DNA of 64,000 nucleotides from the NCBI GenBank assembly GCA_951406725.2, contig OX597820.1:73842001-73906000 (forward strand), read 5' to 3'. The notes under the pieces are model-generated. The model saw only the letters and a program-made list of their open reading frames with translations. It had not been told where the DNA came from and did not search any database. Made by a program: the position numbers and the translations under genes. Shown piece after piece: positions 54,493-64,000 of this stretch (its first letter is position 1; every line of letters starts with the position of its first letter). Source of the stretch: Octopus vulgaris. Lineage: Eukaryota.

Positions 54493-54758
54493 CTCTCACA
54501 CACACACAGGTACGCGCACGCACACAGAGACACGTACGCGCATAACTACATACAACAACAGTAACAAAACACATATATGTCTGATATGTATATATGTATG
54601 TATATATATGCAAATATATGTATGTATATATATATATATATACATGTATATATGTATATATATATATATATATATATGTATATACACATATATATATATG
54701 TATATACACATATATGTATATATATGTATATATATTTATATATGTATGCATATATACA

Positions 54759-54814
<56 letters not shown>

Positions 54815-54816
<2 letters not shown>

Positions 54817-55510
54817 CTCGCTGACGTACCCGGTAATTCCCGGGAAAGTGAGGCTTATCACTTGGTTCTGTTTTCATAATTGTTTCTCTAATCCAATAAC
54901 AACAATACAAAGTATGTAGCCTTTAAAACGAGTTTTGTGCATTTACAGAGAATACCGAACTGTCTTACACAGGATCTTTTTTTTTTAGGAATTCCCAATA
55001 AGTTATGAATACCCAAATTGTGAAGTCTGTTATGTAATAACATGAAATTAGCTACCTGATCGTAAGAATTCAAATAAAATAGCCCCGAAAAGGGCTTTAA
55101 TGCGTTCTCAGAGTATATAGAACATAAAAGGTAATACTAATAAGATATGTATACTAAAATCGTGAGTCATGTTACGTAATAACAGGGAAATCAGATGAGA
55201 TAACACTTCAAAGTAAATAACTCTGAAAAGGGCTTTTATGCATTTCCAGAGAATATTAGCCTCAGGGGCGCTAGTGTTGGTATATTCGTGATTAAGTGGC
55301 TAACCGAAATAAGTGGATCTATTGTTTAGGAAAATACTATTTACTATTTTGAGGGTTGTACTGGATAAATTGCGAAAATCTAACAGTTCAAATACTAAGA
55401 AATAAGCATACTCAATTTCATTTTTACCTAATAATTTAGGAAAATAAAAGGGTTATTTCCCTTGGCCATATATAAGGATCCCTTCCAGGGTCTCTATTAT
55501 CGATTTTTTC
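54815..55510. mobile_element. Possible Helitron/Helentron-type non-autonomous element
   Basis: Terminal ACTCGCTGACGTACCCGGTAATTCCCGGG (ACTAGC..CCCGG hairpin-like) in (TA)n and an internal repeat GAAAAGGGCTTT.ATGC; other end unclear. Confidence 0.4.
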
Positions 55511-55782
55511 AACAGTCTGAGAATAGGTCCTGGGGTCGATTTGTTCGACTAAAGGTTGTGCTCCAGTATGGTCGCAGTCAAATAACTGAAACAAGTAAAA
55601 GAATAAAAGTATAAAAGAATAGTATAGAGATCACGTGTTTTGGGTTTGCCTGCCCGCACTAGCGTGTAAGGCGTCCTGTAAAGGGTCACCTCTCATATGA
55701 AAATATGTTGTCTATTGACTTTTATTACGCATGCTACCCATCGGTATGAAAGTTTTTCTAAATTTTCTACCCTTATAATTTT

Positions 55783-56032
<250 letters not shown>

Positions 56033-56328
56033 TGGAGGCGCAATGGCCTAGTGGTTAGGGCAGCGAACTCACGGTCGTAGGATCGTGGTTTCGATTCCCA
56101 GACCGGGCGTTGTGTGTGTTTATTGAGCGAAAACACCTTAAAAAAGCTCCACGATGCTCCGGCAGGGGGTGGTGATCCCTGCTGTACTCTTTCACCACTC
56201 TTTCTCTCACTCTTTCTTCTGTTGGCCTGCTCGTTGGCGTCATTCGAAGGCTAAAACAATGCGAACGCATTGTGACCAGCGATGTGTAGCAACGTCTGAT
56301 GGTCTGGTCGGTCACGTGATCACGTGAT
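56033..56328 (+). mobile_element. SINE family C
   Basis: Same head as 9878, different tail. Confidence 0.75.
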
Positions 56329-56563
56329 ATATATATATATATTTAAATAATAAGGGTAAAAAATTTAATATTAATTTGATTAATATAAATTTAAACCATT
56401 GGCCTAGTATATTGAAAATATCTGATGATTCAGAAAAATTATATTACATACATATAGGAAGGCTGACCACTAGGTGAACATCCAATATGCTAGATTTAGA
56501 CCCCATATGGTCTGACCAGTAAGAAAATTTTGTTCCCAATATATGTAAGTATATATATAGATG

Positions 56564-56669
<106 letters not shown>

Positions 56670-56748
56670 AATATTAGGGAATAAATCCAAATTTACAGGG
56701 AAAAATCAGATTTAGGATTGAATCCAATTTTATAGTAAAATATTATAT

Positions 56749-57226
<478 letters not shown>

Positions 57227-57229
57227 TAT

Positions 57230-57790
57230 ATCTCAGAACTTGAGGCGATCCAACGAAGCTACACGAAGAAGATAGCCTCTATGCAGCATGTAAGCTATTG
57301 GGAAAGACTCAAGAAATTAAGCCTCTATTCCTTAGAGCGTAGGCGAGAAAGATATCCCATAATATACATCTGGAAGATCCTGGAAACTTGTCTCAAACTT
57401 TGGCATCGAGAGTTACACAAAAACTAGAACTGGGCGCCACTGCATAGTGCCAAGGACTCCAAATTTGCCATCAAGATGTAGGACAAGATACTGCAATAGC
57501 CTGGGCTTCAGAGGTCCACAGCTCTTCAATATCCCTCCGAAGGACCTGAGAAACCTGCATGGAGTGGATGTAGGTGTCTTCAAAATAAAGCTGGACCTCT
57601 TCCTGTCAGGTGTCCCAGATGAACCAACTTCGCGACAGGAGTTGCAGATGAAGGCAGCTGCATCAAACTCTCTCATGCACCAAATGTCAATTGCTAAAAA
57701 GCATTCGTGAAGTAAAATCATGTAGCAACACCAAATGGCGGTACCCCAGCATGGTCACAGCTCGTGAGCTGAAACTAGATGAAAAAATAT
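57230..57790 (+). mobile_element. CR1/L2-group LINE 3' end
   Basis: [55 protein letters not shown]; short 3'UTR. Confidence 0.85.
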
Positions 57791-57840
57791 ATATACACAC
57801 ACACACACACACACACGCACACACACACACACATATATAC

Positions 57841-58285
57841 ATATAGTGGTCGTATACCGTCAACTCAATGTGACAGTCCCGTAAGGGAATTACACCACCG
57901 CCATTTAGCCCTAGGAAACATCGACGTCTCCTGTCGGCTTTGACACATTTTCTGTGTCCTTATATTTGCAAAGGGGAGGCAATCACCCCCAGCGAGCGAG
58001 ACAAGCTACCCTGAACTGACGACGAGCAATAGACTCAGAAACATATGTTTTCAGGTGCTTAGTCCCAGCTGGCGGGGGTGATTGCCTCCCCTTTGCAAAT
58101 ATAAGGACACAGAAAATGTGTCAAAGCCGACAGGAGACGTCGATGTTTCCTAGGGCTAAATGGCGGTGATGTAATTCCCTTACGGGACTGTCACATTGAG
58201 TTGACGTTATACGACCACTATATCGCTCCACCACCGCTTATGTCTCTCTGAGAAATTTAGAAATTCAATATTTCTAATATATATA
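57841..58285. mobile_element. PLE-like end with 150-bp inverted arms (57841-57990 / 58074-58223)
   Basis: 2 mismatches between arms; 83-nt spacer; flanked by TA/CA microsatellite. Confidence 0.88.
58010..58055 (+). ncRNA. Minimal type I hammerhead in the palindrome loop
   Basis: CCTGAA-CTGACGA-cGAG-caataga-CTCa-GAAAC-ATAT-GTT-TTCAGG. Confidence 0.8.
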
Positions 58286-58297
58286 CATACACACACA

Positions 58298-58385
<88 letters not shown>

Positions 58386-58702
58386 CATATATAACTGTAT
58401 GATAACACATAACATTTTATTCTCAGACTTGAAGCAACAATTTATAAATCCAAACAAATGACTGAACAATGATAAGCTAACCCCAGCCAGGATCGAACCC
58501 AAAAATCAAAGCCTTCCGCGTTTGTCTACAAATATAATATGTAGATATACATATACATATACGTTTTGTAGCATGTTGTCGAAAGATACACACCTACTTT
58601 AAACAGGTATCGTTTCCTTTCTTGCTTCTTTTTTTCTTCTTTCTATCTGACTTCCTATCTGGCCTCGCTCGAAACGTCGACCTGCTTCTTTTCGTTTGGA
58701 AT

Positions 58703-59075
58703 CACGTGGTTTCAGATTCAGTTCCAATGCGTGGGACCTTGGTTAAGTTTCCTTTACAATAGCCCCGGTCCGACTAATGCCTTGTGAGTGAATTTGGTAG
58801 ACAAAAACTGTGTGGAATCCCATCACAATATGTGTGTATGTGTGAGTGTATGTGTGTGAATGTCTTTGTATTTCTCCCCACCACTGTTGGTTTACGACCG
58901 GTTTTGGTTTGTTTACGTACCTGTAAGGTAGCTGTTTGGCAGAAGAGACCGAAAAGATAAGTACCAAATTTTTAACGTATGAATATTGGGGTCGATTTCA
59001 TCGATAAAAAGCCCCCCTTCAAGGTGGTGTCCCAAAATGGCGATAGTCCAATGAATGAAATAAGATAGAAGATAA
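58703..59075 (+). mobile_element. SINE family A, old copy
   Basis: Diverged head, core and tail. Confidence 0.7.
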
Positions 59076-59620
59076 ATAACGGAATGTCAAAGTCTGAAAA
59101 AAAAGGATAAATTGTAAAAAAAACTTATCTATTGTCCCTAATAAAAAAGGGAATAAGAAAAAAAAAGAAAGAAAAATATAAAGAGGGGTAAAGGGAAAAG
59201 GGTACCATGAAAATTACAGCAAAAAGACCCAGCAAAATATAAAACGCAATAGCCGTAAATATTAAAGCAAGTTTATTAGGGGGAATTAGGGCAATGCATT
59301 GTGGGAATAGGGTTGTATTGAATATCATCGCAACATCAGTTTTCGTGGATTCGACACAAAGCTTGTTATTTACGGCGCTGTGTGTTCTATTGAATGTTAG
59401 ATATGTATAGATAGATTAACGAATTTAGTAGTTGCCAGCTGTGGCAAGGAACCTGACGTATTTGTAATTAGAGACCAAATCACTGAGTGTTAGACCTTTC
59501 GGAATTTTTCAATGCAATGATAATCCCCCTTTTATAAATGTAACGATCTCGTTGATGTACACATACGCGTGCTTACACACGCACACGCGCACACACACAC
59601 ACACACACACATACACACGT

Positions 59621-59652
<32 letters not shown>

Positions 59653-59666
59653 GCATACCTACTTCC

Positions 59667-59723
<57 letters not shown>

Positions 59724-59790
59724 TATATATACATATGTATATATATATATATATATGTATATACATATATATATATATATGTATATACAT

Positions 59791-59856
<66 letters not shown>

Positions 59857-59922
59857 GTAAATATATATATTATATATCTGTAAATAAATATATATATATA
59901 TATATATATTATATATCTGTAA

Positions 59923-59957
<35 letters not shown>

Positions 59958-60208
59958 AGTATGTATGTCCATATGTACGTACGCGTGCGTGTGTGTGTTA
60001 TCTTGTCATGATAAAGTATTCTTTTATGATACTTCGATTCGTCACCTTCCCATGTCCCAGTTTTTCACTTAATTTATCATCCCCTATGGCATATCTTTAG
60101 ATTGTGTGTCCGTGATATATTCGCAATTTATCACCTTTGTGAAGCCTCCAGACACCAATACTCACAAGCAGGCATTTTTACGCGCACACGCACACACACA
60201 CACACACG

Positions 60209-60267
<59 letters not shown>

Positions 60268-60269
60268 AC

Positions 60270-60513
60270 AGAGTAATCCCTCGTCATATCGCGTTTCACT
60301 TACCGCGGTTCACCTATCGCGATTTATTATTTAAGTTCATGTCTATTTCTCCGTGGTGTTGTTTTACATTTATAATAAAACAAATATATACAAATTATAA
60401 AAATTACAAAAAAAAAACAATACAGTAGAGTACTGTTTCTACTTTGCGGATTTTCAACTATCGCGGTTTTTTTTTTGGAACGTAACACCCGCGATAGTCG
60501 AGGGATTACATTG
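60270..60513. mobile_element. Tigger/pogo-like MITE
   Basis: GTAATCCCTCGTCATATCGCG ... CGCGATAGTCGAGGGATTAC inverted termini. Confidence 0.65.
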
Positions 60514-61849
60514 TACCACAAATGCTAGTTCAAGCACGACTAAATGCACACATACCTCCACATACATACTGATGATGAGACCTAATTACAGTATTTTTTG
60601 GATATGACCAAAGGCAAACATTTGTAATTAATGGTGTCACCATCAGCTGAAGTAGTAAGTTATTGATATATGACTAATATTCTAGTGACACCACAATGAG
60701 TGTGGAAGGCGCTCTGAAATGACTTTACTCCTTTTACCTAAAGCAAGAATTTTTCTCCGTGGCAAACTACACTGAATACACCTTTTTACAGGTAAAACAT
60801 GTTTACGACATCTTTAAAGTGATCTAAGCTTTGTATATTTTTTAATATTTCAAAATATTTTATCCATCATCCTTTTACATACGAAAAGATTGTAAAATGC
60901 CGGTCCTGGATATGCAAAACAACAGCAGCAACAACAACAACAACAGCATCAACAGCAGCAGCAGTGACATGCCCCTGTTTTTTTGCAAAATCAAAGATAA
61001 TCCAATATCTTATATAGAATCGTAAAAAGAAAACTATTACATTTCTTGATTTACAGTACACAGTCTCTTTTATGCAAGAAAATTTTGCTAATTTCAAGAA
61101 TAATTTTTTATTTATTTTACATTACTGCACTGAGGACCACCCATAATCAGTAGATAATTTTTACGGATTTCTTATAAAAAGCTAAACCTGAAGTCAGATT
61201 AGAATTGCTCTGATTGGTAGCTGGTGCTGACGAGAGCACAAAAAACTCGAAATGCATCTATCATATCGTAAGGAGGCGCTCTGACTGAATTTGTGTGTTT
61301 TGACCTTTTGCCTAAAACGAGAATATTTTAACATAGCAAATCGCAGGGAAAACATTGCTTTACAAGTCAAATGTGTTCCAGACACATTTGAACTAATATC
61401 CTGTCGTTGTTTAACTCCAGGTCTATCCAAATTAATCCAACCTATTATCAAAAGATTGAACAAAGACCAGCGTTTGCAATAACGATGTTACTATTAATTA
61501 AACTAAAAAACTACAAGTACGATATCACTCTCGTATATTGCACTCTTATATTACTCCTACTTTATTTCATCAATACCATTGGCTTCTAATTAAAGTTTTG
61601 TATATGTAGTAACTGTTTAACCCCAGGCTTTCTCCGATTCACCAGACCTATGATCAAAATGCATTCCAGCCAGGTGCAGGCACAGCTGCTTGGTTAAGAA
61701 GCCCGTTTTGCAGCCAAGCAGTTTCAGTTCCAGTTCCACTGCGCAGTACCTTGGGAAAGTGTCTTCTACAATAGCTCCGGGCCGACCAATATTTTATGAG
61801 CGAACTTTTTGGGTGGAAACTGTGTGGAAGTTCATCATACGTGTATGTA

Positions 61850-62684
61850 GATGAGAACCCAATAAGGTTCGGAAATCGATTAAGGTTGTTCATCATTTTT
61901 TTCAGTCTGCAGAGTAATGGCTAAAATTTGCCCTGTTTATAATCCTACCATATGTTACATATATATTATATCATACCTTGTAGTGGGTAGCGATTTTCTT
62001 CATTACTTCAGGGAGTGACGACCCTGCCTAATACAAGTCTCGGCCTCAGCTGGCTCCGGCTGACAGTACCCGGTATGGGCCCCTATCCAGAGTTACGGAA
62101 AGGAGACAACCTTCAAAGAAATCCGGAGTGGAGCCCCGTAGGCGGTTTAGTGTTCGACTCGATACTCTTCCGGCAGCTCCTGCAACCAGGCTGGTGCCAA
62201 ACGTAATGCTCTGCACTCCTTTAAACTATGTCAGCAAGGTTGAGAGGGGAATCCTGACGATTGGGCTACCCAGGATTTTCTTACATCTAGCCCAGGCCTG
62301 TGCAAAACTGGAGTGGAAACTGGAGAGGACAGGAAATGTAAAAACCAGACTGGATTAGTTTATGCGCAACTCCATTGTCTCCCGAGACAAAAGGATGCCA
62401 ACAACAACCTTGATACTGTGTGGACTAAGATCTCCGATGACAGGCCACTGGTGTTTATAGAGTGTTAAACACTTTCGGTATGCAAATTAGGGACTCCTTC
62501 ATAGAGTAACTGGTGCATTTGTTGAGTATATAAACAGTTTGGCTGCTTGTTTCTCTGGAGACTGTCAGAAGGATGTGGACGTCTGTGATGAGAATCCAAT
62601 AAGGTTCGAAAATCGATTAAGGTTGTTCATCCGTTTTTTTTTCAGAGAAGTGGCTAAAATTTGCCCTGTTTATAATTATACCAT
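61850..62684 (+). repeat. ~100-bp direct repeats (61850-61952, 62587-62684), each starting in a decayed hammerhead-like motif
   Basis: GATGAGAA(C/T)CCAATAAGGTTCG(G/A)AAATCGATTAAGG at both positions. Confidence 0.7.
61981..62406 (+). mobile_element. Non-autonomous RTE derivative (5'UTR + 3' tail)
   Basis: CCGGAGTGGAGCCCC..CTGGTGCCAAACGTA..GGGCTACCCAGGAT resembles RTE 5'UTRs; ends GTCTCCCGAGACAAAAGGATGCC(AAC)n; possible TSD ACCTTG. Confidence 0.55.
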
Positions 62685-62717
<33 letters not shown>

Positions 62718-63814
62718 TACTTACAAGTATAAATATACATACTTACAAGTATATTTGCATATATGTATGTACGTATAGGTGTGTATGTTTATGTGTGTGT
62801 TTGTTCCCACACCGATTGACAACTGGTGTTGCTTTGTTAGCAAAAGAGGCCGATAGAATAAATGCCTGACTATAAAATGTACTGGGGTTGATTTGTGAGA
62901 CTAAACCCTTCAAAGCGGTGCTCCAGCAAGGTTGCGGTCCCTTGACTGAAACAATTAAAATATAAAAGATACTATCTTAGATTGTTCAATGTATCTTTTA
63001 TTTTCTTAGATGACAAAAAAAAAAATTTTTAAGGGGAAATTTAGCTGCTATTTTTATCCCGTCGAGCAGCCATGTATCAGCTATTTCGTTCAACTGTGAA
63101 GGATTTGTTTATTAATGTCGAACAGCTGCATGGCCACAAGTGCAGACATGTACATTCTGTATTTTCTTTTCCTGAGGCTACATTGTCTCACATGTCCTCC
63201 GTAGGACAGTCTACCGTGTGTGCACAGTTTGTAGCTAATTGCTGTGGTTTCGTCCAGTTTACGTTGAGGTTTTGTGTAGCTTATAGATACGTGCTGTTGC
63301 AAAGACAGCAACCAATCGACCATATTTTCGTGTCCCACGATAAAAAGAAAGAAATCTACCCATACCCCTATATGGTGTTTCCAGAACACTGGAGAAACTA
63401 AATAAATATCGTAGGTTGGGCTCCGAGACCAAAGGATTATAGAACAGAAAATTAAGAGCTTCCAATTGTTTTTGAAACTCACACATAGCTCCACACACAC
63501 ACACACACACGCACAAAAAAACGAAAAATTCATTTGATGTATTTAGTTGCTCCCAAGTAAAACTGCGTAATAAACAGTTGATAAATATGGCGCTCTTGGT
63601 AACTGTGACTATACTGAGAAAGTTTATATTTAAAAAAAAAGATAAAGTTTAAGTCACATGTTTAGATTAGTTACTCTCGGGAAAGACAGGTTTAGAGGCC
63701 ATGGAATGAGAATAATAGCATTAACAGCATCTCTACCACAACCATAACCACCACCACCACCATCACTCCTCCTCCTCCTCCTCCTACTACTACTACTACT
63801 AATAATAATAATGA

Positions 63815-63995
63815 TTCCAAATGTTGCCACAAGGGCAGCAATTTTTGGGGAGGGGATGAGTCGATTACATCGAACCAGTATTCAACTGGTACTTATTTTA
63901 TCAAGCCCGGAAGGATGAAAGGTAAAATCGACCTCGGTGGAATTTGAACTCAGAACGCAGCAGCAAACGAAATACTAAGCATTTCACCAGGCTTA
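63815..63995 (-). mobile_element. SINE family B
   Basis: GAAGGATGAAAGGTAAAATCGACCTCGGTGGAATTTGAACTCAGAAC. Confidence 0.75.
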
Positions 63996-64000
63996 AAACC

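Noticed and set aside
58477-58505. tRNA gene (GGTTCGATCCTGGCTGGGG on the minus strand)
   Set aside because: Only a T-arm and acceptor fragment; the SINE heads likewise do not form full cloverleafs.

Overview
AT-rich, microsatellite-saturated eukaryotic non-coding DNA. The SINE families and repeat landscape look like an octopus (coleoid cephalopod) genome; this is an inference. No confident host protein-coding gene is present: almost all listed ORFs are translations of (TA)n, (CA)n, (TATG)n or (AAT)n runs. The one clear host gene is an intact tRNA-Thr(UGU) at 8707-8779. The rest is mobile DNA: at least four tRNA-derived SINE families, decayed R4/Dong-like, RTE and CR1-like LINEs, an internally deleted mariner, several MITEs (Mutator/Merlin-, hAT-, Tc1-, Tigger- and piggyBac-like), a solo LTR and many Penelope-like element (PLE) remnants. 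The most striking signal is about eight distinct minimal type I hammerhead-ribozyme motifs, several degenerate, with self-complementary stem III. They lie in long palindromes or ~270-305 bp direct repeats, usually in (TA)n tracts, which suggests a PLE/retrozyme system. A CR1-like LINE shares its structured 3' tail with the dominant SINE. Repeat coordinates were read by eye and are approximate unless termini are quoted.
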